Translations under genes and position numbers: made by a program
In this document: in pieces, positions 12,519 to 24,800 of the stretch
Layout: the number at the start of each line of letters is the position of its first letter
Position numbering within the stretch: the first letter of the stretch is position 1
NCBI GenBank assembly: GCA_037447605.1
Contig: CM074812.1
Coordinates: 3,038,001-3,102,000, forward strand
DNA from: Zygnema circumcarinatum SAG 698-1b
Taxonomy: Eukaryota > Plantae > Zygnematophyceae
Reading direction: 5' to 3'
Length of the DNA: 64,000 nucleotides
Notes under the pieces: model-generated
Database searches by the model: none
Seen by the model: the letters and a program-made list of their open reading frames with translations, nothing else
Told to the model about the DNA's origin: nothing

Positions 12519-12589
12519 TAGAGCCGTTTCGTGCCGGTACGGTGACGTCGACGACGTTCCGACGTTGACGTTCGACGACCGACCTACAG

Positions 12590-12962
12590 ATTGACTGCCG
12601 TACAGATTCTCCGCCCGTCAGGTCCCCTTCGCCATTTTCCGGCTGCTACATGAGTGGTCCACGTGGCGCCACTTGATTCGTAGCCGACATTCTGAAGCGA
12701 CTCCACTGACGCTTCGTTCCGCCGCTTCGTGCACCACCGTTGATCTCCATCCGTCGCGCCACATGTCGCGCGCTCCACGCTCCGCACTCGCGCCGCGACC
12801 AATCAGCGCTCCGCTGGCCGTACACCAGCGCGCCGCTCCGTACAACTACATTTCTGCCCAATCTTCATGCGCGCGCTACGCGCAAACCCCCGAAGACTTG
12901 TACGGTCGCTAAGGCGGTACTCCATGCAATATGGACGCTATAAGCACACCACTTAGAACTCA
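12590..12962. repeat. Dispersed ~400-bp non-coding repeat; related copy at ~21100-21500 inside the copia integrase region
   Basis: Shared GCGCGCTAC.CGCA.ACCC...AAGACTTGTACGGTC.CT.A...TTAGAACT.AG end and similar CCGTACAG start. Confidence 0.5.
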
Positions 12963-12969
12963 GCCGGGC

Positions 12970-13505
12970 GCCGTCCGCGCGTCGCATCTGCGCGTCGTAT
13001 GCGCGTGTCGCATGAACGACGTCGCCGGTGTCGCACGCGCGCGTTGCCGGCTACGTGGCGAACCGCCACGGGCTAGCAAGAGCCACGCGGCGTCTCGCCA
13101 CTGGCCAGCCCTGCTTCACGGTTATTGTTCCGCCTTTTGGCGGCGCCGCGCGCGCGGGTCGGCCGCGCGTCGCATCTGCGCGTCGTATGCGCGTGTCGCA
13201 TGAACGACGTCGCCGCTGTCGCACGCGCGCGTCGCGCGGGCGCGAACAAAAATTGACGGAAAAGGAAAGTTACGAAAGTACTCCTCTATAGCAGGGTCGC
13301 GATGTCACCGGAGTACTCGTTCTAGTGTCAAACATACTGACGTTTGTTACGTTTGGTTTGGGTGGTATCAAACCGAACAAAAATTGACGGAAAAGGAAAG
13401 TTACGAAAGTCAACAGGCCAACCAATCTGCCGCGCGTCGCATCTGCGCGTCGTATGCGCGTGTCACATGAACGACGTCGCCGCTGTCACACGCGCGCGTC
13501 GCGAA
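12970..13505. repeat. ~75-bp CG-rich module, 3 copies
   Basis: CCGCGCGTCGCATCTGCGCGTCGTATGCGCGTGTC.CATGAACGACGTCGCC at ~12975, ~13165 and ~13430; AACAAAAATTGACGGAAAAGGAAAGTTACGAAAGT occurs twice. Confidence 0.8.
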
Positions 13506-13699
13506 TTTTGCACCGTCCGATCAGCCACTATTGGTTAATGATGATGTCAGCCATCCCTCGCTGCGAGACACCGCGTAGTCGTGACGCCACGTGGAGCCGC
13601 GCGCCACGCGTGCCGTTTCGGGCATTGTCAACCGACAATCACAATCCCGCGATTACAAAAATCGTAAAAAAAATAGACCACATCCTCGTCTAAAAACGA

Positions 13700-14215
13700 T
13701 TGTCCAAATAGAGCCGTTTGGTGCCGTTACGGTGACGTCGACGACGTTTCGATGACAAACAGTTACGGAACAACCGCGATATCATCTTCCCCTATTCTTC
13801 ACGTCTTCCCGACTTCCATTTTCTTACACTCGCCTGTCTAGCTGAAGAGTTGCTGCTGATGCTTGCTGCCCTATTGTTCCGAAATCTACCGTAACCAACA
13901 CTTATGTCGCGGATCCTTTCTCTGCCTTCTGCTGCTGCAGCTGCTGCTGCATTTCTTCCTACCAGAGAAACCGAAATGACCGACAAATAATAATTGGTGG
14001 AAAAAGGAGGAGGAAGGAACATGGAGTGTGGTGAAAGGGAGAATGGTGGAAGGGCGAAGGAAGAAAAAGGAGAGGGTGTTGAGGAAGGAGGAGGAGGAAG
14101 GAGGGTGTTGAGGAGGAAGGAGGAGGAAGGAACATGGAGTGTGGTGAAAGGGAGAATGGTGGAAGGGCGAAGGAAGAAGTTGAAGAGGGTGTTGAGGAAG
14201 GATGGAGGCTACTAA
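13700..14215. repeat. Dispersed ~450-bp repeat with GA-rich tail; second copy at ~38340-38790
   Basis: Collinear similarity: AAATAGAGCCGTTT, CCGACTTCCATTT.CTTACAC, CGAAATCTAC.GTAACCAACACTT, GACAAATAAT.ATTGGTGGA, GGAACATGG.GTGTGGTGAAAGG. Confidence 0.8.
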
Positions 14216-14319
14216 CTAACATGTCAGTCAGTCAGTCTGTCAGTCTGTGAGTCCGTCCGTCAGTCAGTCAATCAGAAGTCAGTCAGTGTCTGTGACAGCC
14301 TGATTTTGTGTGTGTGAGT

Positions 14320-14351
<32 letters not shown>

Positions 14352-14769
14352 CTGTGTGTGTGTGTATTTTCGTGTGTGACTTTTACAAACAAAAAAGTCA
14401 ACAAACTAACAAGGCAGTCAGTCAGTCAGTCAGTCACACTGTCGGCCAGTCTGTGAGTCAGTCAATCAGAAGTCAGTCAGTGTCTGTCAGTCAGTCGACC
14501 AGTCAGTCAGTCAGTTAGGTTGTCCGTCCATAGTCAGTCAGTCCTCTGGACTTAAAAGATTTTACAGTCCTCTGGACTTTAAAGAGAAATCGCTGGAAAT
14601 TGCTGGAAATCGCTGGAAATCGCTGGAAATCGCTGGAAAATTTTGAAAAGCTGGACATTTTAAAATCCTGGACATCTGGAAATTTGGACATTTCGCAGTT
14701 TTGAAAATTACCAAAAAAAAAAAAAAAAAAAATGATAAAAATGACATCATGATGTACATAACGTTCGTA

Positions 14770-15255
14770 CTTACGCTTGACTTATGTGTTGTATAGCAAA
14801 TAACCATGGACAAATTTCGGAAGGACCGGTCCTGGATATAGCGATGTTGAAAAGATCGAAAAATTTCGGAAACATAAGATCATGATAAGAAAAAAGGTTA
14901 CGTCTGCGGCTCACACTCTTGCATTGTACAGCAAATAACCTTGGAAAGATTTCGGAAGGACCCGGTCCTGGATATAGCGATGTTCGAAAAGATCGAAAAA
15001 ATTTCGGAAACATAAGATCTTCATGAAAAAAGGTCCGTACTTACGCTCACACCCATGTATTGTATAGCAAATAACCTTGGAAAGATTTCGGAAGGACCCG
15101 GTCCTGGATATAGCGATGTTCGAAAAGATCGAAAAAATTTCGGAAACATAAGATCTTCATGAAAAAAGGTCCGTACTTACGCTCACACCCATGTATTGTA
15201 TAGCAAATAACCCTGGAAAGATTTCGGAAGGACCCGGTCCTGGATATGGTGATGT
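14770..15255. repeat. ~136-bp tandem minisatellite, ~3.5 copies
   Basis: GTA(T/C)AGCAAATAACC at 14791, 14926, 15062 and 15198. Confidence 0.9.
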
Positions 15256-15319
15256 TCGCATTCTTTACATTTTCATTTTTCTTCATCATTTTCTTCATCA
15301 TTTTCTGAATTTTTTTTTT

Positions 15320-16170
<851 letters not shown>

Positions 16171-17177
16171 TTACGTTTTTTATTTTAAACCACGACTGCG
16201 AAAAGGACAAGAATGGGGCCTCGTGCACGTCGTCGCCGGTCCCAGTAATAGTTTTAGTTTTTCTATTTGGGGCCTGCGGTGGCAACACGATTGGATAATA
16301 GACGTCGAGCGCTACCGCATAACGTAACAATTACATTTGGATGAAATTATAACTAATTCGTTAGTGCTAACCAGCCCAATGGAATGCACCCGCATTAGCC
16401 ACTTGCCCAATCGCGGCTGGCGCCAAATGCCTATTTTCAACAATGCGTCCGTAAAACATTCAAACCCGGCTATGCGTACATAAAAACGACGCGCATTAAG
16501 CAATATGTGAGAATAAGACGCGATATACCCCATTTTATGCGCATTCGATCCAACGAAACGCACAACCAATCAGGACGCGCGACGTGGCTGTTGGAGCGTG
16601 GATCTGCTCGCTGCTCCCGGCGCCACCTCGCGTGTCGCCCTCCATTGGAACTCTGGTTCCCACCGATGAAGACATCTTCACTTTCTCTCACTCTATCTCA
16701 CTTCACTCATAGCCCATAACTCACCGGAGAATGGTACTTATAGAGAGATGAGCACCAGCCGGAAATCACCTGCTTGAGAGGTGTAGGGAAGCCAGCGGCT
16801 CTAAAACCTTTATAATAAGAATGTCACCCACATGAAGTTCTCCCCTCTCACTAGCTACTTCTCCCCTTACTCACTACCTTGCGACACAGGGCGGGGCAGC
16901 CCAGCAACGGCGGAGCCGCAGGGAGACTAAGTCCGCGGGACTCATTGGTCTAATGTGGATTTACATCCTACATAAACAAGCTAAACCCTATATACGCCAT
17001 GGCGTGTTAAGGCATGCTTCCTAGTTGACCCGATGTCCGTCGGCTTCCCTCTTCCCTCAACGTTGACCTTGGCAGATTTTGTACGTTCAACATCCAGCAT
17101 TCGCGGTCCTTAAGTAAACCTACGCCCGGCGCCGACCCTGAATTAGGCGTCAGGTATAGTTCGCCGCCCATCACTTG

Positions 17178-17635
17178 TGTAGCAAGCGCTATACATGGGT
17201 TGTATGGCCTAGTGATCGCAACCGCGGTGGCCTTTGAAAGGGAGAGCACTGCCGTGGGTACCTGGAGGTCTTGTGTTCAAACCCTGCCAGGGGCGGGTTT
17301 GTTACATTCGTGTTAAAGCTGGTGCGCGGAATTGGTAAACGACCCAAAACACTCTGATTTTTGACCATGGTACGGGTCGCTCGGTGGAGTGAGGGGCTGA
17401 GAAAGTGGTAGTGCATGTGTTGAAGGAGCTTGAACGCTGCTCGTGAAAACCCTTGAGTGCGCTCGAGGACGAGCCCGGTTTAGGTGGGGAGGAATGTAGC
17501 CCGAGAAAAGCGGCTAACCATGGGTTGTATGGCCTAGTACTAAATCAGCGGTTGCCTTTTAATGGTAAAAGCCGCGGTGTAGATGCAAGGGAGGTCTTGT
17601 GTTCAAACCTTGCGGTTAAGCGGGTTTTATTTACA
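17178..17635 (+). mobile_element. TRIM (miniature LTR retroelement), 458 bp, with tRNA-type A/B boxes in its LTRs
   Basis: LTR1 17178-17306 and LTR2 17495-17635 (TGTAGC..TACA); polypurine tract GGTGGGGAGGAA before LTR2; TSD ACTTG/ACTTA; absent from the sister copia LTR; no coding capacity. Confidence 0.75.
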
Positions 17636-18069
17636 ACTTAATATAGATCCGTTGCGGCGCCAGGAACTTCGCGCCCGCCCGGAATCCGTCTGCGTCCGCC
17701 CGCCCAGCGCACATATTTGATGTAGCGCCCATTACACATCAGCGCCCGTCCCATGGCAATCTCAAATGCATTAGCATTTTCAGCCAGCCCGTTCCACACT
17801 TGTCGCGTAGGCTGGCGGCTTCGGCCTCACGTAGTTGACCTGCGTCACGCGGTCGCGGACGCGCTAGGAGTGCGGCTGGCGGGTCGCTCCGACATGCGGC
17901 ATGCGCCAGCGTCCAGCGTACGGGCCACCGACATTTGGCCCGACCGTATTTCCTAGGACTACTACTAGCAGATCTCATGTTTCCCAACTGAGGACCACAA
18001 CAATGTTAGTGTGAACCCATACAATGTCTAACTATAGCACACTAACACTAACAATCCCCCTCTTGGGAC

Positions 18070-18789
18070 TCAGTTCCTCATGGGCCCTAGCCCAATGAGT
18101 CTGCTATTCACTAGTAGTGTCTCCCCGCTAACTCCCTTAGTCAACATATCCGCAGCCTGCTCCTTCGTCCCCACGAACTTCACAACAATCATCCCCTCCT
18201 CTACCAATTCTCGTACAAAATGGTATTGCACTCTGATGTGCTTTGTTCTCTTATGAAACACAGGGTTTTCAACAAGATCAATGGACGACTGGTTATCCGT
18301 GAACAAAGTCAAAGGACGTTGTGGCCTCTTACACTCATCAAAGAAGTGTTGGAACCAAACTCCCTCCTTCGCTGCGTGACATGCTCCNNNNNNNNNNAAT
18401 CTCGCGCCGATCTCCATCGGGCTGGTGCACGGTCTGCACTCCTCCATATTGAATCTCGCAAGTACATCCGCGGCGTACTTCTTCTGACTTAGGAACAGAC
18501 TTCCGTCTTGCCCCCTCTTCAGCTGTATCCCCAGGAGATACTGCGCCTCCCCTAGATCCGACATCTGGAAGTTAGCTTGCAAAAGCTTCTTCAGATCATT
18601 GATTCTCTCAAGTGAGAGACTCACCATAATGAGGTCATCCACGTAGATCCCAAGGTACATGAGATCTCCCTCCTCTCCTTGTCGGTAGACGGAATGATCC
18701 GTCTCAAAGCGCGCAAATCCGTTTCTCCTCAGAAGATCGTCAATCTTCTCGTACCAGATCCTAGGTGCTTGCTTTAGTCCGCATTGCAC
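18070..18789 (-). pseudogene. Copia reverse transcriptase / RNase H fragment
   Basis: YGLKQAPRIW-like start, YVDD catalytic motif, DLGEAQYLLGIQ, TDNQS, HKRTKHI and EQAADMLTKG motifs; internal N gap. Confidence 0.92.
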
Positions 18790-21700
18790 TTTTCACTAGG
18801 TAGCGCATACCTAGGATGTTCCTGCCCTGACAACTTCTTCCTCTGGCCGCGCCTCCATGTAGAACTCTCAACAGATTCGTACGTAAACGCTGGGTTCCTG
18901 ATATCTAACTGATGGATTACGCATCCCTCAGCACGCGCGCGATCGAAATTAGGGTAATTTTAGGAGTTAAACTGACCACCGGGCGAAAAGTCTCCGTAGT
19001 CGATCTCCAGACTGGCCGTATCCCTTCGGGCCACTACCGCGCTTTGTAATCTGGCCGACACTCCCGCTCAGCTTCCGCTTTCACCTCTGTCGTTCCATTT
19101 GTATCCAATACTTCCTTCCTTCTAGCCTTCTCCAACCGCCACGCCCGCTCTTCATCGAATTATTCCACTCTGCCATCGACGCCGCTTCGGCCACTTTGCT
19201 CCATCTACCCCTAACATCATGAGCCTCCTCGTTTATGCCTGATCAGTGTAGTGCTGGGCAACTCCTCGCGAGGTCGGCCAGAGTCCGTAGGGGCACTCTC
19301 TCCTCGCGACGTGCCAGTCCGCGACGGCCCGTATCAAGCCAAAGCCTCCTCACCACACGGTGCTCCTCCTCAAGGGTTCCTTATGCTTCCCAAATTTCGA
19401 GTTGAAGAAAATCTCGAACAAATCCCGAGGCATCCTTTTGCCCCTCATCGCCAGCTCTCTCGCCATCTCCAAGTCCTCGTGACTCCCCGCCCAGCAAGAA
19501 AGGTGCAATAGCTGACCGAAGTCTTCCTCATCTGACAGTGAGTGTGTAGTGGGGCCGCCTCCGGCCGCATTTCTCCGCCCCGCTATGCACTGGGTTCACT
19601 CCGGCCTCGACCGCTCGGGTATCAAGCCCCCGAGCCACTCTCCTTCGCCCCAAGATGCTGATCTTCTCCGCAAAGCCGTGACCTGAGAGGCTTCAAATGC
19701 CTTCCCAATGGCTCCACCGCCCTAAGTACACAATTCCAATCTTTGCCTTTGGGGCTGGCCCCACCCAGCTGTGCCACCGCCTTTCTCAAGGCCCAATCGT
19801 GATGTCCCTCGAGCTCGCGACTTCCTTTGCCTCGCTGGTTCCAACTCAGAGGGTGCTTACTATCAATGTTAGAAGCCGAGAACATACCTTCAACGCCGCT
19901 GGGTCAACTTCCTTCTTCTCGTCTTCGCCTTCGCAATCGGGCCGCACTGTTAGCTGGCCCGAAGCTTTCGTGGAAACCGTGGGGTTTTCTCCCGTACCCC
20001 ACACCTCCTCGTGAACCTCGGGTCCTTGAGCAGGTAAGACGGGCATCTATTCCTAAGGTAAGCCGCGTCATCACCGCCTCCCCTTAAAAGAAGCTTCTGC
20101 TGGGAATCTATCAACATGGTCCCCATGCCATGTCCCCTTAACGCCCCGGCTTACCCTTCTCAGCTCCATTACTTTGAGGGGAGGCAGGAGTGTAGTAAAT
20201 TCATGCCTAATTCCACGAAGTCTTGAGGTACTTTAACTCCTCGGCCTCCTGAACTCCCCTCCGCTGTTTGCCGCCAGTAGTCTTCGGGCCGTCAGCTTCC
20301 GCCTCCATCTGAGTCTGCCAATCTCTCAAGGCTCCAAAGCCTTAGACTTGTTCTTGAGAATTTCACCAAATTTTCCTCAAAATCATCGAAAAGTGATGAA
20401 GTAACGAAGCCTCCACTCGCTGCCGGTGTTACTGTGGGCCGGCAGCTGCCTGTGTGAACTTTCACCCGCCTCAAGCAAGCATGGTGGGCGCCTCCCTCCA
20501 CTCCCTCGCCAATGGCTCATGCCCCCACACACACTGCTGCCGCAGCCGCTCTTCCTTGGTGGGGTCGCTTAATTTCTCCTCTAGCACTTAGAACTCATTT
20601 TCAATGAATTGCTCAATCACACAAAGTACACCCTAATGCAATAGAACAACCTCACGGAAATATGAAATGTAAGGAGAAAGCCACCAGCCTAAAACTCCCA
20701 AGATAAAGATGAAATACAACTTGACAACACTAGAGGCAAGCTTCCAGGCACCTACCTCTCAAGCTTCATTAAACCACCCACAAAGCTGAATGCTACACTA
20801 TCTTCAGAGCCTGTACGCTTGAACAGCCTCACTCCCAATGTGAGTCACGAGAAGGTTCTTCTGCCAAACAATCTATATGGCGCATTAGTGACATTGTCAT
20901 GTCACGGGCGCACATGCTACGACTTGCAAGACCCTTATCCCGATCCTAATCTCGCGCCGTTGGATCCTCGTAGGCTTGCACGGATCCAGCACATCATTGC
21001 CGTCAGATCCGCCTCAGCCTTATCTCCATCCGAGTCACTCCACAGCCGGATCGAGCTCCTCGTACTTGGCGTCATGGGACCCGTAGCCTACGAGCGCCTG
21101 CAACCTGCCTGACCGTACAGGCCTTCCGCTTTCATCCGACTTGCGGCTTGTGGCGCCTTCCGATTCGCCACTGTCCTCCAAATGAATCATTGCTGACTCT
21201 GTACCTCGTCAGTTCTGCTCTGCGCGCTGATTCGCGCCGCGTCACTTCTCGATTTGTCACATCGCGCCACGTCACATCACGGCTCCGCCACGCCGCGCCC
21301 TCCGCAAACCATGTCCGTACATCCGGAATGCACAGCGCACAATCGGCCTGATGGCAGCTCCACCGGCATTCATGCCTTGCCTTGCCGAATCAGACTCTGC
21401 GCGCTACCCGCACACCCCTTAAAGACTTGTACGGTCACTTAGACGGTTCGCCGTACAATGTAGACATAATGAGCACGCCCCTCCTTAGAACTTAGTACCA
21501 ACAACTTAGTGTACAACAAGTCCTTAACTACTTTACACTAACAATCTCCTTGCAAAAGCCGAGCTCCTTCTCCACGACATCTACGTCTAACCCACGGACC
21601 AGCCCCTTAGCAGCAAGCTGTTGCAGTCCTCGATGGTTAAGATGTCCCACGTGATACGGAAGATTTTGCTAGCGTTTAAATTTCCGACGTCGCGCATCTG

Positions 21701-21871
21701 CGTCTACGTCGCCATAATGAATAGCATCACAGGCCTCACTTATACATACCCCTCAAACAGCCGCTTCCCCGTCACTGCATGAGTAGCTACACAAGACTTC
21801 TCCTTGAATGTGATCTCGTACCCCCTCTTACACACCTGGCTAACAGACATGAAGTTCTGTTTCAGCTCGGG

Positions 21872-24800
21872 TGTAGCGAAACGCTACAGTCACCCCAAGG
21901 GGGAAGGGTTACTTAGAGCCCGGCGTGGCTTTATGTTTCCATCCAATGCAGTACCTAACGGTTAGAGCATCGGATTACCCTGCCGGTGGGAGGTCCTAGG
22001 TTGTGCTTATGCTTATTTGGTTACTTGATGGGGCATGCTTTATGTAATCTCCCCATGGGCCCCGTCGTGACCAAGGTCCCCTCTACCGGCGTAGAGGAGG
22101 ATAAGCGCTGAACCCCAAGCGCGGGACAATCGGTCAGCGATTGAATCACGGGCCACACGGCGGATCCCCACGGGAATGCGCCCGTCGATCCGTGGATTAG
22201 CGGTTACCGATGAAATGCGAAGACTGACTGTCGGCCGGGCAGCGCGTAGCGTAGGCCTCCCGACAAGTACCATTTGTCTTGTGGCCTTCGTCGCCAGCGC
22301 TGCGCCAAATGCAGCGGCACGTGCGTCGCGTTGTACACCTCGACCAATGCGGAGGACTACTTTGCCATTGGGCGGCCTGCTTCCCGATCCTCCGTCTTTG
22401 GTGGGAGGTTGGCGGGGAAGCGTGGGGAGGCGTGGTATCGTCACTTAACCAACATAAACGCATACGATTTGCCGCGCCCATCGAGGCACTCCCCCACTTT
22501 CGAAGCGCTTTCTCCTCTCTCTCTATATGTAGAGTGAACTCACGAAATTGTAATTAAGCTGCGGTGAAGGGCTGAATTTGATGCGTGACATTTGGTATCG
22601 GAAGCGGTTTTTAGTTTCAGGGAAGAACACATTTGGTCATAGTGACCACTTTCATGGGGAGCGGAGGAAGGTTACAGGGCCACTGGAGGCCGCCACCTCC
22701 GCCACCTTTCCCCAGGGATGAGGTAGTGGAGAACTTCGAGCGACGCCCGTTATGGAGGAGCGGAGTCGAGCAGGGTGGAAACGGTCACCCCAGGAGACTT
22801 ACGCTCCCCTCTTCCCCACTGCCCGGAACCCGATAGCCGGTAAATGGCAGGCCCCTACCCACGTGGTCGGGAACCCAGCGTCACGTGGCGGCCGAGAAGA
22901 TGAGAGCGAGAATTGGTCACGGGAAGAGGTAGCCAGGCGAAGCATTGAACTCCGTTGGTACGCTCAGGAAGGTGGGCGACATGGAGCTCCTGATCGCCGT
23001 CACGGTGGACGGCTCAGATTCAGGAGCCTTTCCGGACGGGGAGCTCGGAGGATCCCGAAAGTACCCCAGAACTGAAACGTAAGCGTGGATGCATCAGTCT
23101 CGGGGAAGGGACCAGGCAAACCATCAATGGCGTCGTCTGTCGACGCCTGACCGGCTGGGGCGGCCAGAAGTCACAGTTTTCCCGCGGTCACCCGGTGGCG
23201 AACCACCCAGCGATGGGGACCCGTGAGGCGGCTGGCGGAGGAGATCCCGATCTCGGTGCTCCTCATAACCTCGCGAGATGCCAGCAGTCGGGCCAAAGTA
23301 GCCTCTTTCCTTTGAAGCCATCTACACCTGCAGGCCCTTTCGATTGGTGGTTGGAATCCCAGCGAAGGGCTACCTTACGGCGACACAGCGCCACGTTGGT
23401 AGCTTTTGCTTGCCGAAGCACTCCGAAGGAACACGCCGGGTGTATGAGGGCCTCTCGATGAAGATGGGGGAGCGGTGGGATAAGTTGAGGAGATGAACTT
23501 ATCAATCGCCCACAGGGCCTTGGATCTGCGGCTTGGGGCCAGGATAAATTTGAGAACATGAAATTCCCAGAAGCGGCGGTGTCCATGGCAGTTCTGAGAC
23601 TGCGTCAAATGGTCACAAATCACCATCTGGCTGAGTGGGCTGAGTTCTTTTTCCGCCGAGGAATGGCCCGAAGCCGCACGAAGCGGCGAAGAACGCCCGC
23701 GGACTCTGGCGGGTGGGACCCCGTGACTCACAAAGGCGTACTTTGATGCAACCATTAGGTTGGACACAGCCCACTGGCGTCAGAGGCAGTCGGGCGGCGT
23801 AATTTGAGGTCCGTGGAAGGCGGGACCCTGGCTCTGCCAAGATAAAAACAAGCGAGCGGCGAGGAAGTGTGCCGCCCGCCAACTGCGACAGCGAAGTTGA
23901 CTCGAGAGGAAATGGAGAAGATGCAGCGGGAGAACAAGTGTTTCCGTTGCCGCAAGGAGGGGCATAAGGCCCGAGATTGCCCTCTGAACTCCAAGGACAG
24001 GAAGGGCAAGGGGCCGGAAAACCCCAACCCACCAGCAGTTTAGGAGTCGCTGCTGGTGGAGTAAGCAGGTTAGGGGATGGGAGGACAGTTGCCGTCAATG
24101 TTAAGGGACTTTTGTGGCTTAGGTCCACGGACATGCTTAACTTGTTAGGCGGGGCCTTTGAGAGTGCGATCTGAATTTGTGTGTCGTAAGCTTCACGATT
24201 CATGTCGCTTTTCACCCACGTGGTGACTCCCTGGGATTTATGGATATTGATCGTGGCGGTGGCATGTTCAGTCCAATGTTATAGGGATGATGTCTTGATG
24301 AGATGTGCCATGGTGCGCTTGTCTTCTTGGATAACGCTACTTGGGCTGCATATGGCGGTTCCTCGACATGGTAGTTCGCACTTTCTAGCGGTTGGTGGCT
24401 GGCGAAAGGGCAAAAGTTGAATTGCCGCAAGCGTGGAAGGATCCGCGAGTTCGAGGATTTGAATCTACACTGATGTGGAGGGCGGCTGCGTCACCCTGCG
24501 CATATAGTGCGTCTATATGTTCCATCTTGCCCGTAGGTAGCGGCCTTCATGGAGTGGAAGCCAATGGCCACCCAGCAGTTCTTCTTTAGATCTTTAGGCG
24601 AATTCCTAGCACTGTTAGTTACGCATTCACCCCGGGAAGATTTGGATTGACCACCAGTCCCCATTGAGAGAAAGTGTTACTTTTCGAGGATGGGCCGCAA
24701 AGGAGCCAAATTCTACGTGGCGTCACTCTTTAGATCAAGCTCCCAATCTCTTTCCGGGCGGTCAAAGTGTCTTCTAACACATACGCGCTGGCCTTTAGAA

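Noticed and set aside
14770-15255. Regularly spaced repeat as a possible CRISPR array
   Set aside because: Whole units repeat with no unique spacers, there are no cas genes, and the context is eukaryotic.
17194-17300. Functional tRNA gene
   Set aside because: A/B boxes are present but I could not form acceptor and T stems; it sits within a TRIM LTR.
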